In this document: piece after piece, positions 25,380-37,163 of the stretch
Layout of the letters: the number at the start of each line of letters is the position of its first letter
Numbering within the stretch: position 1 is the first letter of the stretch
Assembly (NCBI GenBank): GCA_049999805.1
Contig: JBNGIO010005918.1
Span: forward strand, 140,357-197,139
Source of the DNA: Folioceros fuciformis
Taxonomy: Eukaryota
Direction: 5' to 3'
DNA: 56,783 nucleotides
Notes under the pieces: model-generated
What the model was told of the DNA's origin: nothing
Databases searched by the model: none
What the model saw: only the letters and a program-made list of their open reading frames with translations
Made by a program: the position numbers and the translations under genes

Positions 25380-26087
25380 TCGCTTACACCTTACGTCCTG
25401 CCCGCCACGTTTGCTCCTCGACTGTGCTCCCGCTGTGGTTGCACTCTACATCGAAAATACTTCAGATCCCTCACGTCCCGCCTTAGGGTTTCTATTCGTC
25501 CGCGATGCTTTGGCTCCATCACCATGCCGAGATTCCGCTACCGGTTCCGACTTCCACGACGGCGACTCGTCGTCCCCAACCGTCGCTGAGTCACAACTTT
25601 CCTTTTTTTCCACCTAAGTCCCCAACTTGTTTTTCCCCCGCAAGTTACTCCCTATTCTATAAATGTAGGGGGGGGTCCCTATGTAGGCTTTCTAGAATTT
25701 ACCCGAACACCAAGACCCAAGGACCAAGCAGCACTTGTCCCGACCCATCTCCTAGTCCAGTTATTGACCTATCTCAAAACGCCAAGACCCAAGGAGGTCT
25801 TGTGCATATATACCCCTCCCTATTCCCAACTTAAGCCGCTTTCGCATCCGTCTTGTCAAAAAACAAAAAAAACACCAAGTCTTACACTTGGCAAAGGGAT
25901 GTTTAAACATTTTTCCATCTACAGGTGGGTACATACATTTTTATTAATCGCATTCGAGAATGTCTTTCAATGTACAAATTTATGGGCATAGACCTCAACA
26001 TCTACCCAAAGAAGCATACACTCTACGGCTACTCTAGTCCATGGGATGATCTTCTACTGCCTCAAAGTCAAACACAATGGCCACATT

Positions 26088-28700
26088 CTACAATCGCGCT
26101 GCATCTTGAAGATCAAAGTTGTCCACTTTCTCGAGTGCCTTGTCCTCCCTTTGCCCATCTCCATCATCCTCGTTGTTCGATGTTGGCCCCTCCCACACCC
26201 TATCCAGAGTTTGCTGTCCCAACATCACTGTCGGGCTCGTCTTGCGGCTCCTCCTCTTTGATGTCAGAGAGACAACCTGTGCTCGAGAGCAGTGCTTCTC
26301 GCTGATGCATACCCCCTTCGCCCAATATTGTGATGGTCCTCTCGGTAGCAGATCCAACGTTAGCTCCTCCACTGCATTGGGGAGCACTTCACAACCATGG
26401 ACTCGCTGGTCAATGTATGTTGTGCATCATCTGTCCCCTTCGATGGCCACGCAATTTCTTTTAGCTAGCAACAATGTCAGCAGTGTTGTCCTGTTGTGGG
26501 AACACACATCCACGACCCACTCACCCTCTTTATTGAAGTTGCAAATTAGCTTGTCCATTAACCCCAAAGATCTTTGATATGGGCACACAACCCGTTTGTC
26601 ATGGGAAAGGTACATATGTTTCTTCACAACCGTATCATGTGCAATAATAGATCTTCCATTGCTGAAGATAGCACCCTTTTGCCTTGGCATCATCGACGTG
26701 CGTTGCTCCCCTCCTTCTGAGACCATTCGATAGTAATGTACTCGACGAATTCAAAGCCTCTACGGTCATTGGACATATTTGTCTTATCCCAAACAAATGA
26801 AATGAACCCACCTCCTTTGCACCACTTCACTCCTTTTCATGGCCTCCCCAACAGTGTGTGCATCTTCTACACCATGCATGACCACCAATCGAAAATCTTT
26901 GTTTGTTGTCTTCTTGGCAAAGCTGGCAAATACATTTTGCATAATGCTTCCATCCAAGCAACCATCCATGGGACCAATTTCAAACCCGTGAGGAACATCC
27001 ATCAGCAACAACCCATAGTTTTGTTGGCACATATATCCCCTCATGTCTTGTACAGTCTGTGCCTCAACCATATACTGCACTTGCATATCTGTCGAAGGCA
27101 CGTTAAAATTGAACAAGCCGTCATGCAAGTCCTTATCGGCGATGGCCCTTTACTCGTTGTCTAAGCCCTTCCAGCTGTTCACTTCAAAAATGAAGACCTG
27201 AAACTCTTTGAGGAGCTTTGTTAGGTTCTCCACATCCTTTAATTGTTGGAAACATATTCAAGACAAAACCTTTGTTAGACATGAGTGACATGTCCACCAC
27301 TAGGAGTGCCCTCAATGACTCTTTGCCCTGGAGAGCGCCAGCTAGCCGGTGCCCTCCATGCCTGATGAAAAAGACAAAAAGGCAAATGCATAGTTTTGCT
27401 TGAAATAGACAAGATTTCTTACCTTCCCTGCGAACACTGTTTGAAACTTCGTGAGCATGGCATCAGTCAAGTGTTGCGGATACTCGTTTCGCACCTCATC
27501 AAATGAAGAACAACCAAGGTGCTTTGCCATCGCCACCTGGATACTATGGAACTTCTTCCTTAGGCATATGTCATCATCCATGCCTTTAAGGTCCAGCAAC
27601 CCAGCTAGAACCTTCTCTGTTGCCGATATGCGGATTTGCTAGCCACACTCCCCTGCTGGAGTACCCTGGAACGACTACCATGGCTTTGCGAGCATGTCCT
27701 TCGGCCTCACGTACCCAGCATCAGCCTTTTTTGCATCATCATATGCTTTGCGCTTGCCTTTTCCTTTCTTATTCATGCCTATTATTGTATGTTTCCACTA
27801 CTCCGACAATTCACAAGCTTCCCATTTGCTGAATATCTTATCTATATGTTCCCACACCTTCCCTTCTTACTTGGCTATGCAAACTATGTTTGTCCGATTA
27901 TCCACCTTTGTCTACTCGTACACATCATCTGCTTGACCCTGGTCATTCTCGATTAGCCCCAAGACCTTGTACAAGTTGAACTTCCATGCCATGGTCATGT
28001 GCACACCATCTCTTTTGGCTATAATAAGCTCATCTCTCAGATACAGTGCTTGCTCGATGAACGACATTTTCCTCCTTCTATTCAACATAATATTGTGGTC
28101 CGTTGCAAGCACTTACATCTCCTGCAGCATAACTCCACAGTACACATGGGCTTCAACATATTGAAACCGTTTTTTTCCTAGTGAGATCTCCGCCAAGTGC
28201 TTCATAGTAGCAAATGTGTGATTCCCCCCGAGAACACCCATAACGTACTAATGCCCCCAAAACTTCACCAGATTTAGTTCCTTCAAAGTCGCACACTCAG
28301 GCGGGTCTATCATGCATAACAAAGGTATCACTCCCTCTTCGATGCACCCTTTCGCTATCACCTTGCAAGATAGTTTGTCCAAGCCTCATCCACTTTTCTT
28401 GTTTGGGCATCCTATGTGAGGTACGCTATGGGCCTGAAGTTCTCCAACTTCACCCACATAGTTTCTGGGACTACCTTCTTCTCATACACGCATTCTCGTA
28501 AACGAGTAAGCAGATCTTGTTCTCATTTGGCTTCCTCTAAGTGCTCCTCATCTGTAAACACGTGTACTGTTGTTATGGCCTCTAAGGAGCGAGGGCCCCC
28601 ACTCCCACTTCGTCCCTTTGTTTTCTTTTGGTTGATTCCATCTTCTTTGGTTTTGGCATCCCGTTGCACTCTACCCCTTCATTTCCCTCCTATTTGTTCC
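26088..28700 (-). pseudogene. ParB-like plus N4/N6 DNA-methyltransferase-like fusion pseudogene (copy 2)
   Basis: PLLCMIDP..VLGGNHTFATM..AHVYCG..LATDHN (GGNH at 28229-28218); LLLMDVPHG (DVPH at 26999-26988); FVWDKTN..VEY; CPYQRSLGLM..EGEWVVDVCS..KRNCVAIE; stops and frameshifts; ends approximate, gap at 28748. Confidence 0.75.
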
Positions 28701-28979
28701 ATGCTCGCATGTGTATGTGCATCAAATCCCTCGGATTGCCCCGGGATNNNNNNNNNNNNNNNNNNNNNNNNNNNNNNNNNNNNNNNNNNNNNNNNNNNNN
28801 NNNNNNNNNNNNNNNNNNNNNNNNNNNNNNNNNNNNNNNNNNNNNNNAGCCAGCACCCAGCCCCCTCACCCTGGTCCCGGAATTGGACAAACTAGTTCGG
28901 GTCTGGGGTCTCCAAATGTTGGAACCCTGCCTCGTGCCCGTGGGCACCGGCTGGCCGGCACCCATGCTGTATCTCTAGC

Positions 28980-29680
28980 TCGTAGCAAACTATGGGGACT
29001 TCAACAGATGCCCCCATCTTGGGGTAGTCAGCAAACAATTCTCGATTCGGAATATCTTCCCCGGAAGCTTGCCCATCATCCTTTGTTTTTGAGTGCCCGA
29101 GCATGATTGGAATCGGGCCATGATTCTCATCTAAAGGTTCCATCTTGCTCTCTAGCTCGCTTACCACCTCCTCTGCCACACCTTGGGCCTGTAGGATTGA
29201 TCTATGGACTGCCATAGCTCTTCTATGGCCCTGCATTGTTTGTGTGATTTTGGTGCACAAGCATTAGATCCATGCATTTCCCTGGCTAATACCCTGCAAG
29301 AGAGGGGAAGCCATGTTACCACTATAACCTCCCACACCTCATAAAGCCATACAAAAATTGTCACTTGTAGTCTTCTCTTGTCTGCACTGGATGAACATAT
29401 CCACAATACATTCGAGCTGGCACTTGCATATGATCATGCCATTGAAGGCAACACAAAATAGCTAGTACCTCTCGACCTTTGTATCCAATTCGGTGAACTG
29501 GAAAGGCTTCGTAGAACATAGAAGGCAACCCTCTAGATCTCTTATTGCGTTCATCTCCAAATTGCCCCAAATCAACCAGCCAGCTCTAGCTTGTTGGGTT
29601 GGATAGGCACCTTTAATCCTCATGACAAAAAGCTTGTAAAGGGGAGTCCATAATTCCCCATCATCCTCCGATTCCTCCTC
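28980..29680 (-). pseudogene. Decayed ORF of unknown family (Cys/His-containing), probably TE-borne
   Basis: Overlapping minus-strand ORF fragments (ILCCLQWHDH..MYCG; CTKITQTMQGHRR..PIVCYEL); cut at 29690 by the gypsy repeat; no family recognised. Confidence 0.3.
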
Positions 29681-29689
29681 CTACACAAG

Positions 29690-31472
29690 TGTGGAGTAAA
29701 ATGTTGTGTCCAGAGACACTGCGAGGTCCACACTTACCCTCTATGTCATTGATTTGCTCCCAAGGGAATGATTTGTGCCAAGTAACACAGGCTTCTACTA
29801 CTACCCGCTCTTGACTAGGTTGGGTCTACTCCCTACCATCACTACTACCTACTCGTTCAACTACTACCATCCCCGGTGGACCAACTACCCTGCACCCTGT
29901 TCGACGAGCCTGGTTCCTACTCCGCGACCGTAGTTTAGGACTCCTCTACCAGTAGTGACCCCCACGACCGTGGTGGGTCCCACCCCAAACCCTAACTAAC
30001 GAGTTCTGGCGCTTGCGCCCCAGCGGGATTCTGCCCCGGGTGATTGTTTCTAGCTCCTGACTCACACATCTAATCTTATCGGTCGCGATTCACGCATGTG
30101 GTAACCAACTTCACGCCAATTGATCGCCGCGGGCCACCCACACTTTCTCACAATCGCGGGCATTAACCACCCACGCACATACACAAACACAATTTTGTTA
30201 CACTATTGTTTCCGGATTCCAAGCACTCTCACTTCCCCAAGTGACAGACACAAACCCTCCACAATCTCTCAGCCTACTTCACACCATCGTCCCTTGTCCT
30301 CACAATCTCAAGCGGCTTCTCACAACCATTCCGAGTTACTTACAGAACCTTCAACCATTCAGTACCCCATAGCTCACGCAATTCTCCGGTTAGTTCAATT
30401 AGCTTCTTGCATCCGTTCCAAATCACCCGCCACATGCAGCGCCGCATGAGGCGTTAGCCGTGCTTTTCTCTCTTTTTCCTTCTCCTCTCAACTCCTTCAC
30501 TCCTTCACTCACTCAACTCACTCGCTCTCAACTCAACCTCGAGGTGGGTTTTGGAACGCAGCAATTAGCTAGGGGAATAGGGAAGGAGAATTCCTCCCGT
30601 GCCGTGGTTCTCGCGGATTTGTCCCCCTCACTACCCGCCATAGAATAGTGTGTTAGGCTCCCTCCAGGAGCGTCTCGTGCGTGCTACCCTCCTCAGCAAC
30701 TCGGGGATCTCAACCGAAAGACAGGCCTGCACACACACATGCTCAAATTCCCAGCAAGACAGATGACTCGGGGAATAGTGAAGGGAAAATCCCTCCGCGC
30801 TACGGTTCTTGTGGATTCGTCCCCCTTGCCATCGACCATGGAGCAATGCTCACAACTCTCCTTAGGAGCTTCTCGCGCACACTACCCTCCTGGTAGTGCG
30901 GGGATTTCGACCCGGGAGTGTCTCCAACATTTGCTGATTAGAGAGACCCAACAGGCCTCTTTGTACAACGCATCCAAATCGGGGGAGCAGCCCACCATTA
31001 AGTCTAGTGTAAGTAGTCAAGTGCTCTTAATTGTGAGCGGCATCAGGTCCAAGAAAGCATCTTCACCAAATCTTAGCTAAACACTATTTTAAGATAAATT
31101 CTTGCCTATCTTAACACCGCGCTCGCCTCCTATCCAGCCTTCGCGTTCTCCTTCCTCGGCCGCTAAATCCCTGGGCTCTCCTCCCTCTCTGCTGGTCAGG
31201 CAAGTCCTCCCATAAAACCTCCACCTCACTCTCACTGCCGCTTGACTTCTCCTGTTTAGGCATGGGTGGGTCCACTAGGGGGTTCTCCCTGCTCCTTCTG
31301 ATCATCTGTTGCTGAGGATCATTATAGGTTCTTGCTCCACCTAGGCCTGTGCTTCCTCTTTGGTGAGCTCCTTCAACACCGCCTCCCAGTAACAGGGAGT
31401 CAACCCCCATACCCAAAAGCAATGGGAGAAGCATCCCCTACGGATCCTCAGTTGCCGAAAGTAGGCCCTGGT
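29690..31472 (-). repeat. Gypsy LTR-containing repeat, copy B (no PBS: 3' or solo LTR end), truncated by the copia element
   Basis: Homologous to 21387-23242; homology stops exactly at the copia TG at 31473. Confidence 0.75.
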
Positions 31473-31761
31473 TGTAGGGTTATTAAAGCCCAATGTGCTT
31501 AGACTAATGTGTTTAGTCTAAGATTAGTGTCTAGTTAAGTACCATTAGTTTAGATTAGCTTAAGCTAATCTGTAGGAAGTTCTTGCGCAGCTTCCTGTGC
31601 GCTTCTTGTGAAGCTTCCTAGGGAGCTCTTCTAGAGGGTATAAATACACCTATAGCTCCCTTGCTATTGAGACTCTATGTGAGAGTGTGACCTCTCTTTC
31701 TCCTCTCCTCCTTGCCTCCTCCTCTCCTCCTTCACCATGTAGCTCCTATAGCGGTCCTACA
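31473..31761 (+). repeat. Copia 5' LTR
   Basis: TGTAGGGTTATT..GGTCCTACA, direct repeat of 36095-36380. Confidence 0.9.
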
Positions 31762-32623
31762 AGTGGTATCAAAGCAGGTGCGGAGCAAGATTGGTGATGG
31801 CTCTAGGTGATGGTTGCAAGTGCTCCATGAGGAAGGCTTCAGAGTGAGACAGCAAGCGGGAGCAGTGTTCGACATCCCGAGAAGCGTGGAGTGCCAAGAG
31901 CGAGGGTGTCGGGAGCGCGGGGCAACGAGAGGGTGTTGCCGCACCGCGAGGGGCTTCTGCCCTAGGGCGCCATCCACACCAGGCTCCATATCCGGAGCGC
32001 GGGGTGCAAGGGGGACGAGGGCGCCGCACAAGGGCGCCACCAAGTGCCCAGACCGCGAGGCAGCTCAGCCTGCGGGCCCCCCTTTTGGCGCAAGGCAGCT
32101 CAGGCTACGGGGGCACAAGGCCCCCGTGGGCTCTCAGCCCCCTGCCAGGGGCACCGGCGCCGGCCCCGGGACAGGGCGTCGCTGGGGTGCGGCCAGGCAG
32201 CGCCAGCGGGCGTTGACCCGGCCGGCAAACACTAGACCCGGCTGGACGTTGGGGCCAGGGCGCTTTCGGACGTGGGGTGCCAGGGAGCGCCATTACGCGG
32301 GCCAGCGGAAGTAGAGGTGCGAGTGACGCAAGCGATGCGAGTGCGAATGACGCCGAGGCGCGGGCGAGAGTGACTTCGTGGACGCCGGATCGCAGTTGCC
32401 GGGGCGCCAAAGCCGAGAGTGAGGGCAAGGGCGCGAAATCGATCCCGCCCGCGAGGCGGAATCAGATCTCAATCGGAGGATTTAGGCCCAACGTGTCGAC
32501 CTAAATTGTGGACAGACGAATCGGAATGAGGGTAACAAAATCTTCATTACATTCCGACAGTTTCTAACTAGCCTTTTGGTTGATTTGCATCGATTTTGAA
32601 ACATTACATCCTCAGAAAACGTC

Positions 32624-35600
32624 ATGTTCAATATCGAGAAGTTAGATGGTACTAACTTCCCTTTATGGAAAGAACAAGTGTATAATGTTCTAGTACAGAA
32701 GAAGCAGATCAAGCCCATCAAGCTGCTAAGAGTGAAACCTGTAAGCATGACTCAGGATGAGTGGCAAGATCTAGATGAGCTTGCTAGATCTACCATCATG
32801 CTAACATTGTCGAAGTCGGTCTACTTCAACGTGAAATACAAGACCACAAGTTTCGAGCTATGGCAGAAGTTGTGTGACCTTTATGAGAAGCAAAGAGCGG
32901 CTTCTCAGGTCTATTGGTTGAAACAACCGGTGGACTTGAAGATGAAGGAAGGGATGAGGATGTCCGATCATTTGAATGAGTTCAATACCATTTTCAGCCA
33001 GCTCTCAGCTCAAGGTATCTCGTTCCCAGATTCTGTGAGAACTATGTTTCTGTTGGTCACATTACCAGAGAGCTGGGACACCTTTCGTACAGTTCTGAGT
33101 AATTCCGCTCCTGCCAGTGGTCTTACCGTTGTAAATGTGGAAGGTAGCATGTTAACAAAGGAGGTGAACAGGAAGAATATGGAACCTTCGAAAGGTTTCA
33201 ATGCCCTCATGGTGAGAGGAAGGTCCACTTCAAAGGGGAACTACAAGGAGCGAAGTCTTTCCCGTAGCAAATCTTGTAGTCGTAACAATGTTGAGTGTTA
33301 CCATTGTCACAAGAAGGGTCACATCAGAAGGGACTGCGAGAAGTTCAAGAAGGACAAAGAAAAGGAGAAGAAGCAGAGCGACAACAAGGCAAGTCCGAGG
33401 GTCAAGCGTGACAAGGTGAACTCTGTTGATGATGGAGATGTTCTTACCTCTTCTTTCTTCGATCATGCACAACTGACAGCCGTGGAGAGTCACTTACTTC
33501 GTGTGTGAGCACTGTTTGTATGGGAAACAAACAAAGTCACCACATGGAGCAAGAGGTAAACACAAAAGTAAACCTCTTGAGTTGGTACACAGTGACGTTT
33601 GTGGACCTATGTCCACTGTATCATTAGGCAATGCACCCTATTTAGTCACTTTCATAGATGATTTCTCACGCAAGGTGTGGGTTTATCCTTTGAGGAAAAA
33701 GGATGATGTTCTGACAGTGTTTCAGAAATTCGTCACCCTTGTGGAGAATCAGTCTGGCCTCCGACTAAAGTGTCTAAGGACAGACAATGGGGGAGAGTAT
33801 GTTTCGAAGGCTTTCCAGTCATTCTATAATTCCAAGGGAATCAAGAGAGAATTGACTGCGCCGTATACTCCTCCCCAAAATGGTGTGGTTGAACGGATGA
33901 ACAGGACCATCCAGGAGAGGATGCGTAGTTTGTTGTCAAACTCTAGATTGCCTAACAGATTTTGGGCAGAAGCAGTGGTTACTGCAGTGCATCTTATTAA
34001 CAGATCTCCTAATAGGGTTGTGGATGAGCAAGTTCCAGAGGAAATGTGGTCTGGGAAGAAGCCGTCTTACAAGCATCTATGAGTGTTTGGCTGCGAGGCA
34101 TACTACCATGTTCCGAAGGAGTTTCGGGACAAGTTGGCTTCTAAGTCAAGAAAATGTATTTTTCTTGGCTATGGTGAATCTGGTGAGATAGGATACCGTC
34201 TGTGGGATCCAGAGGCCAAGAGGATGGTTCGTAGCGATGACGTGTTCGTCAATGAGACCAAGATGCACAAGAAGCCTACTCCAACTATGGAGGTGCGATG
34301 AGTGGCTTTCCAAGAAGATTGATTTGACAGTCCCGCGCAAGTTGAACGTCGTGATGTGTAGGAACAAGTTCCTCCACTTGTAGAAGAGGAGAGAGTGCAA
34401 CCAGCTCCGGTCGAGGCGCCAGTGCTTCGTAAGTCTGGAAGGATTTCACGTCCTCCTTATAGGTATGTTGCATCTCTTGGTTATGTCATGCTGACAGATT
34501 GTGGGGAGCCCTCTTGTTATCAAGAGGCCATGTCAGTGACTGACAAGGACAAGTGGGAGAAGGCGATGCAGTCGCAGATGGATTCGCTCCATAAGAACCA
34601 AACGTGGGAGTTGGTTTGGTTGCCTAGGGGCAAGAAGGTGTTGCCATGCAAATGGGTGTATAAGATGAAGGACATACCCGATTATGGCAAACCCAAGTAC
34701 AAGGCATGATTGGTTGCTAAGGGTTTTAAGCAATAGCAAGGTATTGACTTTGATAAGATTTTCTCACCAGTTGTCAAAATGACCACTTTGCGCTGTGATT
34801 TTGGTCTGGTTGTGAGGAATGACATGGAACTTGTCCGGATGGATGTGAAGTCGGCATTTTTGCATGGTGATCTCTAGGAAGAGGTATACATGTAGCAACC
34901 AGAGGGTTTCATTGAGAAAGGCAAAGAGAATATGGTGTGCAGGTTAAAGAAGAGCCTCTATAGTTTGAAACAGGCACCCAAGGAGTGGTATTACAAGTTC
35001 CACTCATTTATGCTTTCTCAAGGCTACAAGCGTAGCGATGAGGATCATTGGCTCTATACAAAGCAAGCTAAGGATGGAAGCTTGCTCATTCTGGTCCTAT
35101 ATGTGGATGATATGCTAATTGCTGGGAATAGCAGTGATGAGATTTCAATCTTGAATTCAAAGTTGAATGCTCGCTTTGACATGACAGACTCGGGAGAGAC
35201 AAGCCATATTCTTGGCATGCGTATTCATGGAGACAGAAGTGTTTGCTTTACTTGTCTCAGATTGAATACATTAACAAGGTGCTTCAACGTTTCAACATGG
35301 AGAAGAGGAAGATATTAAGTACTTCGTTGCCTCCATATGTGAAACTTTCAAGCAAGGATTGCCCAAGCTCTGCGGAGGACAAAGCTAAAATGGAGAAGGT
35401 TCCATACTCATCAGATGTAGAGAGTTTGATGTATGCAATGATTGCTACACATCCTAACATTGCCTTTGAAGTGAGAATGGTTAGCAGGTTTATGTCAAAC
35501 CCTGGCAGGAAGCATTGGGAGGCAGTGAAAGGAGTTATGAGGTACTTGAATGGTACGAAAGCTTTGTGCTTATGTTTTGGTAGTGAAGATGCATCTGTTG

Positions 35601-36052
35601 TGGGATATACGGATGCTGATTATGTAGGGGATATGGACAAAAGGAGGTCCACATCAGGTTATGTCTTCATGTGCACTGGAGGGGTAGTCTCATGGCGATC
35701 TCGTTTGCAATCGTGCATAATGCTATCTACCACAGAGACCAAGTATGTTGCAGCGACTGAGGCTTGCAAGGAAGCCATGTGGCTTGCTTTAGTGGAAGAC
35801 TTGGGGATCAAGGTTGAGATGCTAGTGTTGCATTGTGATAGCCAGAGTGCTATCCAATGGGCAAAGAATCCAATGTTTCATGCGAAGACCAAACATGTGG
35901 AAGTGAAGTATTACTTCATTTGAGAGGTGTTGGAAGACAAGAGGGTACAGCTTATCAAAGTTCACACCAGTCAGAACCCTGCAGATATTCTTACCAAGGG
36001 GCTCTTTACGGAGAAATTCGCACAAGCTCGGACACTCATGGGCATGAGGTAG
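32624..36052 (+). pseudogene. Copia gag-pol pseudogene
   Basis: EKLDGTNFPLWK, CYHCHKKGHIRRDC, integrase VHSDVCGP/LRTDNGGEY/QNGVVERMNRT, RT YVDD, RNase H YTDADY; multiple stops and frameshifts; protease region missing. Confidence 0.93.
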
Positions 36053-36094
36053 ACCACTCTCCTATGAAGGTAAATTGGCCTTTAAGTGGGAGGT

Positions 36095-36380
36095 TGTAAG
36101 GTTATTAAAACCCAATGTGCTTAGACTAATGTGTTTAGTCTAAGATTAGTATCAAGTTAAGTATCATTTATTTAGATTAACTTAATCTAATCTTTAGGAA
36201 GGTTCTTGCTCAGCTTCCTGTACGCTTCTTGTAAAGCTTCCTTGGAAGCTCTTCTAGAGGGTATAAATACCCTCTTGAGCTCCCTTGCGGCACAGAGTGT
36301 GAGACCTCTCTTTCTCCTCTCCTCCTTCATCATGTAGCTCCCCTCCTCCTTCATCATGTGGCTCCCCTAGCGATCCTTCA
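36095..36380 (+). repeat. Copia 3' LTR
   Basis: TGTAAGGTTATT..GATCCTTCA, directly after the PPT. Confidence 0.9.
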
Positions 36381-37163
36381 TTGTCTCCCACCCAAGGTTT
36401 AGCACATATGAAGACAGGGCTTGTGGAGCTGAGGCCTTACATAACAACTGGAGACAATGAGTGGTGGGAGAGCTTTTGGAAGGACCAGAAAAAGATTGCA
36501 ATCATTGTTGAGAACAAGATCAATATCATGCTTCAAGTACCCTCGAGATGGTACTCTTGGGTGGCGGTGGAAGCATTAGCAAAGCCCATTGTTATATCGG
36601 ATGTACATTTGCTAGATGGGGCTTTGTTACATGACCTCCCTTGTTGCGATACGTACCTTGGAGGATATCAAAGCCGCCAAAGACAACATGAAGAAATGAA
36701 CAGGTTGAATGGGGATGTTTCAGAAATATGAAAGGACATGTATATTGCAACACCTTGCTTCACTAACACACATAACGTACCATTTTGGATCGCAAGGGTT
36801 GTTGAAGTGAGACTAAAGGCGCAAAGGCCATCTTTGTTAGTGCACTAGTACATGACAAAGCACACTGATGCATTCAAGGGGAAGTATGTTGAGGAATACA
36901 TCATGCGAGGAAGGGTGCCTGACGTCGTAGAGCTTTCCCGGCCACATGGGCAGAAATTGGTTTTCCCTAAAAACATACAAGAAATATATTTGAATGATAC
37001 AGTTATCTTGTACTATGGTTTCAGCCTAATCGCACAGAAGCACTTATATGCAACGAACAAGAAGGCCATTAGAGACAAACTTAGTGCACTGTGTGGGTGC
37101 ATAGAACCACAAAGCAAGATGGGTTGCAATGATAGTGAAGATAACAATGATGCTGACATGTAG
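36381..37163 (+). pseudogene. 3' fragment of a decayed ORF, possibly a DNA-transposase C-terminus
   Basis: NEWWESFW, PFWIARVVEV..LVH*Y..DAFKGKY, acidic tail; 5' end cut by the copia LTR; family guess from remembered motif resemblance only. Confidence 0.35.

Larger units (their letters stand above)
31473..36380 (+). mobile_element. Ty1/copia LTR retrotransposon, both LTRs present, inactive
   Basis: 5' LTR 31473-31761 and 3' LTR 36095-36380 (TG..CA, TATAAATA inside); PBS TGGTATCAAAGC (tRNA-iMet) 31764-31775; PPT AAGTGGGAGG 36084-36093; gag-IN-RT-RH order. Confidence 0.95.

Noticed and set aside
28628-29106. ORFs spanning the 100-N gap and a GC-rich imperfect hairpin near 28939-28967
   Set aside because: ORFs are artefacts of translating Ns; the hairpin may be a MITE end but the rest is hidden by the gap
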